A stretch of DNA of 64,000 nt from positions 1 to 64,000 of IMG/VR virus record IMGVR_UViG_3300027917_000021; one strand, written 5' to 3'. How positions within the stretch are numbered: the stretch's first letter is position 1; each line of letters begins with the position of its first letter. This DNA comes from a virus. Positions 25,099-37,422 of this stretch are shown here, in pieces. The notes below the pieces were generated by a model. It saw only the letters and a program-made list of their open reading frames with translations, was not told where the DNA came from and made no database searches. The position numbers and the translations under genes were made by a program.

Positions 25099-26118
25099 AT
25101 GCGAAATGAAATAGGGGCTTTGGTATACAATATCATGGATCTTCTTGATCCATGTTTGGTTATAAAGAAAGCAGAAGCAGAATTACAAGTTTTATTTCCA
25201 AATTCTGATGTAGTAATTTATATTTATCATGAATCTACAGAGGTATTTACTGTTGGATGTGAAGAGCCAATAGGGTATACGAATCCTATAATAAAAATAC
25301 CTAAAGGTATTGGGCTTTTCTACGAGGCATTTAAAAATAAAAAAGAAATAATAGCAGATAATTCTATATTTATTCCTTTTATAAGTCATAGAGGGGACAT
25401 GATAGGCGTGCTTCAAGTTACACCAGAAGATATATTTGGAAGAAAAGAAAAAAATATTCTTAGAGAAGCCGCAAAAACTATTGCTACTGTATACCAAAAT
25501 GCCCAGGTTCATTTGGCATTACAAGAAACATTCGAGTCATTTGTAGATACACTTAGTTCTGCTATAGATGCTCGAGATTTCGTAACCAGTGGACATTCAA
25601 AAAGAACCGCATTATATGCTCTCGAATTATGCAATATACTAAACTTAGGTCCAACTGCTTGTATAAAAGTTAAATATGCTGCATTACTACATGATATTGG
25701 TAAGATTGGTGTTTCAGAAAAACTTCTACAAAAAAGTGGGCGGCTAGACGAAACTCAGTTTATAGAAGTAAAAAAACATGCCATAATTGGTAGAGAAATA
25801 TTAGACAAAACCAAACTTCCAAAAGAATTTAAAGACATACCACAAATTGTAGAAGCACACCACGAACGTTGGGACGGCAGCGGATATCCTTTTGGATTAA
25901 AAGGACAGGAAATACCGCTTGAATCTCGAATTTTAGCTATATGTGATGTATTTGATGCTTTAACCTCCCATCGGCAATACCGCCCAGAAATGCAGTTTGA
26001 AGAGGCCATACAATTAATGTTAGGTGAAAAGGGACAATTCGATCAAAAACTTCTAAAAGCATTTACAAAAATCTCGCCTGAAAATCTTCTGGAAATACAT
26101 AGAAGTCACAGAATATAA
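25099..26118 (+). CDS. GAF + HD-GYP phosphodiesterase
   Basis: GHSxR, LLHDIGK, HHERWDGSGYP, DVFDALTSxRxYR; leaderless after TTGACA-17-TATATT (25065-25093). Confidence 0.92.
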   Translation: MRNEIGALVYNIMDLLDPCLVIKKAEAELQVLFPNSDVVIYIYHESTEVFTVGCEEPIGYTNPIIKIPKGIGLFYEAFKNKKEIIADNSIFIPFISHRGDMIGVLQVTPEDIFGRKEKNILREAAKTIATVYQNAQVHLALQETFESFVDTLSSAIDARDFVTSGHSKRTALYALELCNILNLGPTACIKVKYAALLHDIGKIGVSEKLLQKSGRLDETQFIEVKKHAIIGREILDKTKLPKEFKDIPQIVEAHHERWDGSGYPFGLKGQEIPLESRILAICDVFDALTSHRQYRPEMQFEEAIQLMLGEKGQFDQKLLKAFTKISPENLLEIHRSHRI

Positions 26119-26163
26119 AATGTTTTATTTGCTTTTCCTTGTTTTATTTGGTAAATTGTTGAC

Positions 26164-26838
26164 GTGGAAGCGAGCGAACAGTTTAAAAAGAATATTAAGG
26201 ATTATGTAGAAATAATTCTTAGTATGCCTTTCTCCGGGAAACTCAATGGTGAAAGCTGGGAATACCTTGTAGCATACGCGTACAACTTACCACATGTACC
26301 CACCAAATTATTGTATGATGTAGTAGATATTCAAAATGGAATAGGCAGATCAGTAAAAACTATCCGAGGAAATACTACACGTGGATCCAGAGTAGAACCT
26401 ATTATAGCACGTGCGGATATTTATGGCAAAGCAGAACTGCTAGGTTATGAAGAACTCAGCGAAAAGGATCACCCACAATATTTAGGTAATGCTTTAATAC
26501 GATTTTGGAATCACAAAATGCAAAATCATGCAGATTTGCTAGGAATTAAAGATAAAAAAATAAGTATACTTGTTAAATCGTACGATTTAATACAATTTGC
26601 ATATTTCGAAAAAGATTTAGAGCCATACAATGAAGATGACTTTGTTTGGCAATGGACAGATGATCAGAGGGTTGGGTTGGTGGGAATTCCAAAAAACAAA
26701 GACTATTGGAAATTTAAATGGAATCCAAAAGGACAGCAGTTATTCGAACGGTGGTTAATTCCCAGAGATGCATACATATTCGAGGTAGAACCGCACTATC
26801 TCAGCATGGACGCACTAAAAAAGGCCCTGAATATTTAG
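26164..26838 (+). CDS. Putative restriction-endonuclease-like protein
   Basis: E...D-x9-SVK pattern resembling PD-(D/E)XK variants. Confidence 0.45.
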   Translation: MEASEQFKKNIKDYVEIILSMPFSGKLNGESWEYLVAYAYNLPHVPTKLLYDVVDIQNGIGRSVKTIRGNTTRGSRVEPIIARADIYGKAELLGYEELSEKDHPQYLGNALIRFWNHKMQNHADLLGIKDKKISILVKSYDLIQFAYFEKDLEPYNEDDFVWQWTDDQRVGLVGIPKNKDYWKFKWNPKGQQLFERWLIPRDAYIFEVEPHYLSMDALKKALNI

Positions 26839-26847
26839 GGCCTTTTT
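26817..26847. terminator. Bidirectional terminator between convergent genes
   Basis: AAAAAGGCCCT...AGGGCCTTTTT. Confidence 0.7.
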
Positions 26848-27230
26848 GTGTTCAGTATTATCCCTAAAATTCTCCATATTACTACAATAATTGCTAAAAC
26901 TAACAATACGTCCAAACTATTAAATCCGGTTTTTTGTAAATGGTAATACAATCCGTCGTTTTGTGTCATTGATAAATAACTCAGCATAGCAATATATAAT
27001 GCCGGAAAGATAGCTAATAAGGATTCCAGAACTGGTCTACGAGATAGCACATGATATAAAACGAAAAATATTGTGATTGTCATTGCAGTACAATAAAAAA
27101 GTACCATCATAACCAAATTATAGTTATTTATAGGCTCATTTGTTATAAAACTTACTACAAATGCAATTAACAAGCCTATTAACACTCCCATTATGCTAAT
27201 TGCCATTGTTCTTTTTGTTCGGTAATACAT
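26835..27230 (-). CDS. Four-TM membrane protein
   Basis: Hydrophobic segments; GGAGG RBS. Confidence 0.75.
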   Translation of the reverse strand: MYYRTKRTMAISIMGVLIGLLIAFVVSFITNEPINNYNLVMMVLFYCTAMTITIFFVLYHVLSRRPVLESLLAIFPALYIAMLSYLSMTQNDGLYYHLQKTGFNSLDVLLVLAIIVVIWRILGIILNTKRP

Positions 27231-29382
27231 ACTAACCTCCTACATTTTTAAGGATTGTATTTAATTTTTGTTTTTCCGTTTTCTTTTATTATAGTTGTAC
27301 TATCTGCGGCATGCAGTATCAGCATTATAAATGTTATCGGAGCAAGTGCAATTGAGACGATCAAAGTAAATAGATCTATCTCCCAGTTGTCTTTGTCCTT
27401 GTTAAGTTTTGTTATTATCAGATAATTCAGTATGCTAAAACATATCCATATGAATAAAAGTATTAAAGTTTTCACAACTCTTCTCCTAAATTAAATTGAT
27501 CTGTATTATTCTTATTCCTGATTTCTGATAAATTCTGGATATTTTAAATCACTCATTATGCTATTTTAAACTAAAAAAGGTAACGTACGTTACCTTTAAT
27601 TTTGTTAATTTAACATACGTTCATCATCGTCCATTTTGCGGGCCATCATTTTAAAAAGGGCAGGACCAATGTGTTTCTTAAGTTCATCCATATGAAGTTC
27701 CGCAAAATCACCAATTAATGCATCAATGGCCTTATAAGCTTTTTCCATTTCCATATCTTTGATATATTGGATTATGGTCGGATATTCTTTTTTAACTCGT
27801 TTCCTCAGAGCATCCATTTTTTTCTGTACTTCTATGCATCCACAGTCTTCAATGGACTCTTTGATATGCATTAATCCATCAGCAAGATGTCCCAAAAAGG
27901 AACAGTCTTCCAAAAATTCTTCATCGGATACATCTTCCTCAGTTTCGATTTTGGTAATTTTACACTTTGGAATATCCATGATACCCCCCCCCTATTCTGA
28001 AAATTTATGATTTGAGCGTTTTTCAGCATCTTTATTTATATTTTTCAATACTTTCTTGTATATAATGATATTCATGCCAATGAATATTGCCAACAGTATT
28101 ATGGCAGTTAACATATTTATTACATCCTCTCTAATTTTCTAGCTTTTAGTTTTTTCCTGCATAGCTTGCAGTTGTCCGGAGAGCTGTCATTGCCCTCTTC
28201 CAGATCATTCATCGAAAATGTAAACCACCGGCCACATAGTGACCGATGATCTACAAAATAATGCCACTTAGTGGAGTTGAACAGCCATTTCCAGCCTTCT
28301 GTTGGCGTATCATTGTTACTCAAAGAAACTTGCTCCTATGTAACCAAAAAACCAAAAAAGGAACCAGCCCACGACACCAGATATACTAAATTTGATGAAG
28401 CCCCACAAAGTTGTCCAAAAACTCATTTCAGGGCCAGCAATGCCATGGTACATACTGACGATGCCACCCCAAAATAATATGTATACTCCAATATACAGCC
28501 CGATGCCAATACCCAATAAAATTAAAAGAAGTCCAAGAAGTGTTTTCATTTTAAATCTCCAAATTATTAGATTGTTCTGTATTATTCTTATTCCCATTTT
28601 CTTTTAAAAACTCTTGGAACTCAGTGATAATTTTTGATGTTACTTCCGGGTGTTGACTGTCTGTTATTATATCCCGCGTTGATAATACCAGAGATATGTC
28701 TGGTAAATTCTTTTTTAAGCTCTTGGCTGAGCTCTTTTTCGAGCTTTGCTTTTTGTCTCTCAATGTATTCAATGGTTAAAAAATAAATAATCTGATGTTA
28801 CAATTTTTAATTTAGCACCACATACACAATTCTCTTCAAAAATCATTATATACTCCTATTAGACAATTCCCGGCTATGCCCGGCTGTACCACAAGCTGTG
28901 TCTGAACTATTTCCGGCGTCGCTGTTAGAAAGGACACCAGTGTCCTTTTCTTTTTTCTCCGGAGGATTTGGATCTGTGAGTGGCGATTGGTTATAAAATA
29001 GCTCTATTCCGGCCAAATGTTCTTCTGCACGTAGTATGTGGTGCGTTAAAATCCTGCGTTCCTCAGCCAGTATCTCATGTATTTTTTCTGCATTCATATT
29101 ACGGGTAACATACTCATAATAATTAGCCCATGTTTGTACCCAGTCATGTTTCAACTTTTTTTCCATTTTACATTCTCCGTGAAGTAAGCTGTCTGATATC
29201 ATTTATCTACTTTTTTCACTAAATTTAAATAATAATTCTTTATTTCCAAATTATTGATCTTATATTGTTGTTTGACAATTATAGCAAGTTCAATAAGTGC
29301 CAACACAAAAAAGAATAATCCAAAAAAAGTACACAAACTCATTTTACCTCCTTAAATATTGATGGCTTCCTGATAGTAATCC

Positions 29383-29506
29383 ATCGAGCAGAGCAGGGCA
29401 AGGATTTGATGCCTTCATGCCGCGATTAACTGACTTGACAAGTAATCATCTTGTCTCGACACCCTTGACCTAATTCGGCAACCCTCACCCTGTGCTCGGT
29501 TATTTA
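29383..29506. repeat. Hairpin repeat element, copy 1
   Basis: TCGAGCAGAGCAGGGCAAGG...CAACCCTCACCCTGTGCTCGGTTATTTAA. Confidence 0.8.
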
Positions 29507-31492
29507 AAGTGGAATCTTTCATATGACTGTCCGCCGTTCGACCTTTCTCGGGGCTGATTTAATTATACTAAGATTCCACCATATTTCTATTCTTATTCCC
29601 TATTACCACCCCAGTTTTTCCGGTAGTCGCTGTTTTACTTCTTCCAATGAATAAAATTTTGAAGCATGGTCAAGATATTGTTTTTTAGCTGCTTCTTCCA
29701 TTGTGGGTCCACCCTTATCGATGAAGTCGGATTCTTCATCATCAATTTCATTATTAAGCTCTTCACGAATTTCCTGTAATAATGCTAATTTTTGATCTCT
29801 ATCCAGTTGATTCAGGATATCATACATACAGACAGATACGTTTGCTATTATGTCAGTAGTAAATTCAAATGTAGTCATTAACAATTCCATTATAAATTTT
29901 CCTTGCCACTAGTATACGTAAACTTCTCTGGTCCTCTCCATATATCGCTTTTACCGGGCTTGTAGTTGTCCCACTCTTCCACCTGGATATGTGCTCGCAC
30001 CCACTCTTCACCATACTTCATAATCGCATATTTAATCAACTCACATGATTCTTTATGCCCTTTAACCACGTGTCCACCACAGTGGGCACACCAATGGCTC
30101 CGAGTGTTTCCGTAGGCAGAAAGTGCCATTTGAAACCAGTCTGCTTCACCTTTCTTTTGGCGAAATCCGATACTCTTTTTTGTTGCCATTTTAAACCTCC
30201 TTTTGTTTTATATAGGCAAAAAATAGTTATATGTTTCCATCACTTTTCCTTCCCACAACGAATACATTTACGTTTGCGTGGTATAAAAAGCGTTGTCAAA
30301 ACATAAAAAATCTCTGCAGCCGGACTACCACAATGAGGGTCAGAAATTATTTTCCATTTGTGCCAACCAATTTTGCATTTCCAGTTTGTTGTCAATGGAT
30401 TTCTCATTTACTTTCCTTTAACTCTTTTAATCTTTCAATAATGCATGGTTTTTCACTATGATAATGTGTTTGGCAATATCCATGATGGTCATAAACACAT
30501 GGATCATCATCAACGAATATATCAATTATTTCATTTAAAAAATCATTTAACCGCTTATTTTCAGCTTCCAGTTTATCAAGCCGCTCAACGTGGTTACTTA
30601 TATGATTTAAATTAGCAGTTGTGGAGATATTACATATCTCACCATCTACCTCAATATCTACACTGCCATCAGCATTTTCATGTTTGTGGCTTAATGTATA
30701 CTCTATTAATTTTTTTGAGGCATCTGGATTATCTAATATTTTTCTTAATTCCTGAGACATTCTTACTTTCATTACTCCCCCTTAAAATAAACCACTATGC
30801 ATTCAGATAAAGATTCATTGTAATTATAAGATTCTATTGTCAGTCTAAAGCCTGAACGCTCGGCTCCATGATCCACAAACCACTGATCTATTCTTGCAAC
30901 AAATTCCGAAGTTGTTTCTGATTCGTTCTTCTTAAACATCTTTTGTTTTAAAATACTCATTTTTCTTCCAACTGCCGCTCACGGATTTCGGCGGCTTTGG
31001 TTATGGCTTGTTGGGGCGATTGGAACCCAATAACATGACCATCTTCATCGTGTACCCAATCATTGCCATCCTTAACAGCAAAACTTCCATCGGTGTAGCA
31101 TCCAATTTTTATCCCATGCTTCGGGAAGTATTCAAGCACGAGATAGCCGAAACATTCCAAAAAAGTAAAATTATGAAAATGAGCATACCCGTGCTCAGTC
31201 TTCATATACTCATAAAAGTCTTCCCAAAACTTCGGGAAGCGTCCACCGATTTCTTTCATTTGTCCTCCAACCAATTAACATAAGCCCTATCTTCATTATC
31301 ACCATCGTCAACCACAGAAATTTGTAATTTCGCACCACATCTACCCAAACAACGTACTTCATCGCCATCAAAATAATAACCGCCATTATCGTTTGGGTTT
31401 TCATCAGAGAAAACTTCTAAATCATTTCCGCAATTTGGGCATTGATCAAAATCTGATGGGATTTCATACCATTTTTTCATCTATTCCTCCAT

Positions 31493-31562
31493 TCGAGCAG
31501 AGCAGGGCAAGGTCATCTCGTCAACAAGCCGCCAACCCTCACCCTGTCGCTCGGTTATTTAA
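31493..31562. repeat. Hairpin repeat element, copy 2 (half copy at 31757-31778)
   Basis: Same two arms with a shorter, different core. Confidence 0.8.
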
Positions 31563-31822
31563 TTCTCTGGTTTACTGGCAAGACTATTGCCATCCATTCA
31601 GGTTTTTCACACTTACAACGGGTATAATGCTTCCCGCATTTATTACATTTTTTATAAATAAAATAATCGTTTCCGATACTGGCAAGCTTTTCATCTATAT
31701 CATCACAAACACATTCTGATAAATCATTTTGACATTTTGAACAAAACATTATTACCCCCTCACCCTGTGCTCGGTTATCTTTTAATTTATCAACTAATTG
31801 ATCACTTGTCAAATGTTTTTAT

Positions 31823-32218
31823 TTACTCTACATAATCAATAATTTCCCAGGGACCCACTATAGGAATCCCTAGTTTTGTTAATATCTGCTCCCATTCTTT
31901 AAGAAGCGCGGAAACTTTGTTTTTATCTACTTCATAGCTTGTATAACCAATTGCTTCATATATATTGATATCGTCTGTCTGATTAGTGTTAAAATCATGA
32001 ATACCAAAGCGAGTTTCCAATCGACGTACGTCGATTTCATCATACAAACGCTCTACAAAATCTTCATCTTCCGGCATGATCCAGCGAATTGGGAGCTCAC
32101 AACGACGACTGGTGTCATCTGGGAAGTGAAATTCGAAAACAAATAAGGCTTTTGATGCCATCACCGTTAACCTCCTTTTGTTGTTTGTATATTGCATAAA
32201 TACTGCATAAATATGCAA
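31823..32218 (-). CDS. Hypothetical protein (likely start MASKAL at 32161)
   Basis: GGAGG RBS before the internal ATG. Confidence 0.65.
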   Translation of the reverse strand: MHIYAVFMQYTNNKRRLTVMASKALFVFEFHFPDDTSRRCELPIRWIMPEDEDFVERLYDEIDVRRLETRFGIHDFNTNQTDDINIYEAIGYTSYEVDKNKVSALLKEWEQILTKLGIPIVGPWEIIDYVE

Positions 32219-32698
32219 TATTCTGTATATTTATGCATACCCAATTCTATAACAACTCAATATTAGTTTGTGAATTATATCCCAAGGCTTATTATTATGT
32301 GGTTATAGAATAGCTTTTTTCATTATATTGACTCTTTTTTATAAAGCCTTATTTTTATTGTAATTAGGCCTGTATTTGCGTAAAACGTTGTTTTTATTTG
32401 ACGTACGTCAAAAAAGTGTTAAAAAAGAGTGATTTTCCCGAGACAGGAACTAAGAAACATATAATTATAAAGTATTATATTTAAATTATATATATATCTA
32501 TATCTATACTAAATTGTATTGTATATTTTTTTGTATAAAGGGTAAATCAGAGATTCACCCTTGGTTAAAGTCATTTAACCTTTGGTATGACTGATATCAG
32601 CCATATATTCTCATCTAGTCGATGTATGTCAAATATGACGTATATCGTATCTATCTGCGGCCAATTGTATTTAGTTATTATCATAGGAACAGTCGTTA

Positions 32699-34805
32699 TT
32701 AATACGTGCGTTTTTTGCCCCATAAATCCCTGATTATTATAGTAGCATTCATGTTTGATGTATTATAGTCTATATTATATGCCCGGGTTGCAAATGCTAA
32801 GCCTTTGACAAGTCCAAGGTCATATAACTTTATCAAATAAGGTTGTGTAAAAAATCTTACTTTCATAGATATAAATACAACAAATAGGGTTGATTAAAGA
32901 ATCTTATTTTCAATATAAACTCCATAGATGTATTTATTATTAGTATTATCTGCGATAACACTAATGCCAATTTGCTTACGCCACTTATCTTCCCAGTATG
33001 TAAGACATCCCAGAGGACGGCCAACACGACCATAACACAACAAAATAGGGTTATTGAAAAAAACAATTTTCTGTTTCATTGTACTCCTTAAAACAACAAA
33101 AATAAGGTTAAGGTTCAGCATCAACACGTACATTACGAGGCCATTGTGCTATTGATGTACCATTTACACGTGATGCCATTATTATTTTTTCATGTACATT
33201 ACGGATTACTTTGAATTGTTGGCGCTTTTGTAAATTTGTATAAATTTGCTTTTTTAAGTCTGCAAGTGGAAAGACATATAGTTTGTTAATAAATTTAAAT
33301 TTTCTTTGGTATTTTTTATTTAAAGTCATGTTTCCCAAGCATAAAGGACATTAGCTAAATACGCAGGACTAGTCCTCCAAATTTTCATTTTTCTCGACTC
33401 ACACACATGTACCTGTGTAAACACTTGTCCAATTGGACCCCAGGTCATACGTGCTACCGGATCTTCTTGTGTGGGTATGTTGGTATATTTCTCTAAAAGC
33501 AAATATGGCACGTTAAAGAATCTTATTCGCATAATGTGTCCTTATCATATCTGATCCTTTTCTCAGCTAAACATCGCATAAACTAGAAAAAGTCGAGTGT
33601 ATACTAAAATAGGATTCTTTATACTTCCATAATCGTGTTTTGCACAAGAACGCCCAATAGGAGCAAAAGTTATATAAACAATAGAATCTTTTCTTATATC
33701 AATAAAATTTTTTGTAAAGAGATTATTTTTTCCAATCTCATCAACTAAAAGTGGAACGTTAAAAAAGCGTATCTTCATAATGTGGTCCTATGATATCAAA
33801 TATTAATATTTCTTCGAATACATATTGTCCCGCAAGGGTACCGGGAATTAAAGATAACAGGGATCGTTGAACTCCGATAGTGCGATTATTGATATTGAGA
33901 AGATAATATTTTGGATCATCATAAATTTTGTTTATTATGTGAGGATTTGTAAACAAGTTTACTGATCTCATAATTCTCCAGAGTATATAATTTATCTGTA
34001 TAAGGCGCATCGCTCAGATCTATCGGCTCAACAGATACCAAATTATTACCTAATAGATTTCTTTTGCTGAGCTCCGTTATAGTTTTTATTAGGGCAAATC
34101 TCCATGCCTCACTGCGAGCCATGATAAATCTGCCATGAATTATTTTAGTTTTCATATAATTACCTTATATTTGTATTTTTGTCCAACCTTATCATATGAT
34201 ACAATACGTTGTACAGTAGTAGTAAATGCACCATTTCTGTATTTAATCTTGGCAGGTTTTTGTAATTCTTTTGACATGTATCTCCAAATGCTATCATATT
34301 CCATGAGTATTGTATGTGTTACTATTTTAAATTTCATCTTTGTATTTAATATTGCCTTTTTTATCTTTGTATTTAATATTACCTTTTTTATCATATATCA
34401 TGCGTATTTTACCGGTATTTGTTTCAACTGCTACATATTCAGTAGCTAAAACAGCAAAAATGTCAAAAGCAGTTTCGTCTTCTTTATATGCATGATGTGG
34501 TTGGTATTGTAATTGTCCCACAATCATATTAATAACATCATCATCATGTACTTCTTTTGATTCAAAAAAGAAAATATATGGATCTATATTAACTTTCATT
34601 CTAGTACCTGGTACATTTGACGTACGTCAGAATTGTGAGTAGCCATCATATGAGGCTTTAATTTTGTAGTTAATACTATATCCAGATATCTTTGAATCCC
34701 ATCATTTTCACCTATAGTATAACAACTAATATAATCATAACCACTGCCAGCAAATATTTCTGCACGATATAACATAAAAAAGCCTCTTACGAATTTAACT
34801 TCCAT
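32699..34805 (-). other. Tandem array of short ORFs sharing an N-terminal MK[IV]RFFNxP-like motif
   Basis: MKVRFFTQPYL (32699..32866), KIRFFNQPYL, KIVFFNNPIL, MRIRFFNVPYL (33326..33532), MKIRFFNVPLL (33563..33778), VNLFTNPHI. Confidence 0.75.
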
Positions 34806-35134
34806 AATTGTTCTCTGATATGGTTGATATAGTTTTCTGTTTTACGTATACTGCCACGTGCTGCAGGACGTACGATAGGAATAAAAGAAATGCCCTCATT
34901 GCTAAGGGCATTCTGCACTTTGTTGCCCATGACTACTATTGGCATAGTAGAGCTACGGATTGTTTCGCGCTGTGCCTCATCCTCAAACCAATTGGCAAAT
35001 TTACAATGATCAGGATTTATTCCAACTGCACGCAGAGCACGAAACAGAGTTTTCGCACAAAGAATACCATCTTTCCACGTCCCTTCCATTTCAATGGCTC
35101 TGTTGCTTCTTTTTTCTCCAACAAATAATATCAT
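34787..35134 (-). CDS. Small uracil-DNA-glycosylase-superfamily-like protein
   Basis: ILFVGE, VVMGNK, xPAARG (usual His replaced by Arg). Confidence 0.5.
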   Translation of the reverse strand: MILFVGEKRSNRAIEMEGTWKDGILCAKTLFRALRAVGINPDHCKFANWFEDEAQRETIRSSTMPIVVMGNKVQNALSNEGISFIPIVRPAARGSIRKTENYINHIREQLWKLNS

Positions 35135-36651
35135 GTGATTCTTTGCTCCTCTATCGCTGAAAAATCTTCATTGAATACATAATGCACAGTCAAATGGTCA
35201 GTACATACACATGCATATTGCTCTGCCCGGGAAATCAGATATTGTTCATTATCCGAATAAGAAAGAATAATATCTTCGTTACCATCTTCTTCCAAAAATT
35301 TTTGAATCCGAGTGAGATGACGCATACTTGTACCCTCAGCGCCGGCCGGATCTTCACCACGATTTTCTGCAGCTTGCTTTTTCAATTGGTTTAATATTTC
35401 ATCAAACTTATCGTTTTCCATATTCATCCTTTCCGAAAGAATCCTTCATATCTTTTATAAGCTGTTCCATATCTTTTTCTGAGTCGATTGAATATTTACT
35501 TTTTTTATAAATTTGTTTTTTGTGATAGAGGAATTCTGATTGGCAATGATTGCAAATGAGTTTGCCACCGGTCTTTTTTATTTTTTGTAAAGAATTTATT
35601 AAAATTAAATGGGCTATAAACCCACCAAAAATTCCTTTTGTATGAATGATCAATTCACGATGACAATTAGGGCAAATGATCCCTGATTCAGTAGTTAATT
35701 TCATAGTAAACTCCTTTATAATCATTTATCTTATACCATAAAGAAAAAGGCCCATTTTCATGGACCTTCGAGTACTGCTGCGCGGTTGTACAGTTTTTGG
35801 ACAAGTTGTCGGCAGATATTTTCATAGGCATCCCTAAAGGGTATAACATTGTCCCATGATGCATTGAGAACCGTGAATAATTTCATGTATTTCCACCAGA
35901 TTGTCCACAAACCGCTAAATATATTGGATTGTGGATCTGTCCCAAATACATTGTCAGCTACCGAGTATGCTTCTCCAAATTGATGGCGTGAATATTGTGT
36001 GAAATCCTTTATTTGACGGTCAGGAATAAACTCGATATAATCATCTGTATGCAGATAAAATTCTATGAGTTCTTTTTTACCTTTTTCTATCAAATAATTG
36101 ATTGCCGTTATATCTTTCATAGACATCGCTCGGTTTCCTTTCTTAGTTGTTGAATGGTTTTACCTGTTCTTAAACTTGTTCTGACATACCATTTTTCATG
36201 TTCCTGATCTAATTTGTATTGAATATGATTTATCCAACGATTTGCAAGGAGAAATACTTTAGAAGGATCTTTGTATTTGTCAGAGAGTTTTCCAATTACA
36301 ACTAAATGGAGATAACGATACTTTAGATATATACAGATACCCCACACCCAAAAATAGAAATTCATTATGGATTTTATTAAAATTTTAAGTAATTGCATAT
36401 TACCTCCTAAGTAATGTATATTGTTCTTATGCCAAATTAATGACTTTTATTGGACGCTTTGAATATTTTAAATCTGTACGTTTCAATCTTCGTGTCATAA
36501 AGACGAGTTGTGGTGGTTTTGTTTCGTCACCTTTAAAGTCCTTAACAATACGATACCGTTTACTCATTTTAATATCATTGATGGAATAAACGCTGTGCCG
36601 TGGTGCATGATCAAGAAATTGCATTCTTATTATATTAACTTTCATTTGCAT
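35131..36651 (-). other. Five small hypothetical genes
   Basis: ORFs 35131..35427, 35408..35725 (CxxC pairs), 35758..36126, 36117..36398, 36427..36651. Confidence 0.65.
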
Positions 36652-36711
36652 AAAATCTCCTATTTTGATATTATATTTGTCTTATCCCAAATAATTTTGT
36701 ATATTTGTGCT

Positions 36712-37386
36712 ATGAAAGCTACAGTAATTATAACCAGCTACAATAGACCACATTTATTACCACAGGCAGTTGATTCAGCACTAAATCAGAAATATGACAA
36801 TATACAAATAATCATAGCAGACGACGGATCCAATGAAGAGACTCGTAAGGTATGTGAGGATTATAATGCCAAGTATGACAATATAACATATTATCAATCA
36901 GATCGTAAAGATGAGGACAGATTAAAGAGTACAGAGTTTGCGGAAAATATAAATGCTTGTATACCATTGATAGAAGGAGAAATAGTATTTTATCTTACTG
37001 ATGATGATTATTATTATCCTAATCATGTATCAGAGATTATGTCTGCATTTAAAGAACATCCGGATTGGATGATGGCGTATGGTCCACAGAAACAGAATAA
37101 ATATGATGATGACACAGGCGAAGAATGGACTGCGTTCATACGTGCACCTGGTTATAAAGTTTCACAAGCATCATGTCAATTAGATCATAATCAAGTAGCA
37201 CATAGAAAATCAGTATTCGATATAGTTGGTGGTTGGCCAACCGAACCTGAGCATCGAGGAGCAGGAGATGCAGCGATGTGGGTAAAAATAAATGCTCACT
37301 GGCCAGCATATAGAGCAACTGATCAGATTACTAATGTGCACAGGCATCACAGGGATTCAATTCAAGGACCTGTAGTATGGCCGTAG
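36712..37386 (+). CDS. GT2 glycosyltransferase
   Basis: VIITSYNR, ADDGS, LTDDD; start reassigned to 36712. Confidence 0.92.
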   Translation: MKATVIITSYNRPHLLPQAVDSALNQKYDNIQIIIADDGSNEETRKVCEDYNAKYDNITYYQSDRKDEDRLKSTEFAENINACIPLIEGEIVFYLTDDDYYYPNHVSEIMSAFKEHPDWMMAYGPQKQNKYDDDTGEEWTAFIRAPGYKVSQASCQLDHNQVAHRKSVFDIVGGWPTEPEHRGAGDAAMWVKINAHWPAYRATDQITNVHRHHRDSIQGPVVWP

Positions 37387-37422
37387 GTTGTATTAGTTTT
37401 AATAATTTATTATATTTTATTT

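Larger units (their letters stand above)
27248..31812 (-). other. Run of about 15 small co-oriented hypothetical genes
   Basis: Abutting ORFs with RBS (e.g. 27605..27979, 28120..28323, 29603..29890, 29890..30189, 30404..30772, 31256..31480). Confidence 0.7.
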
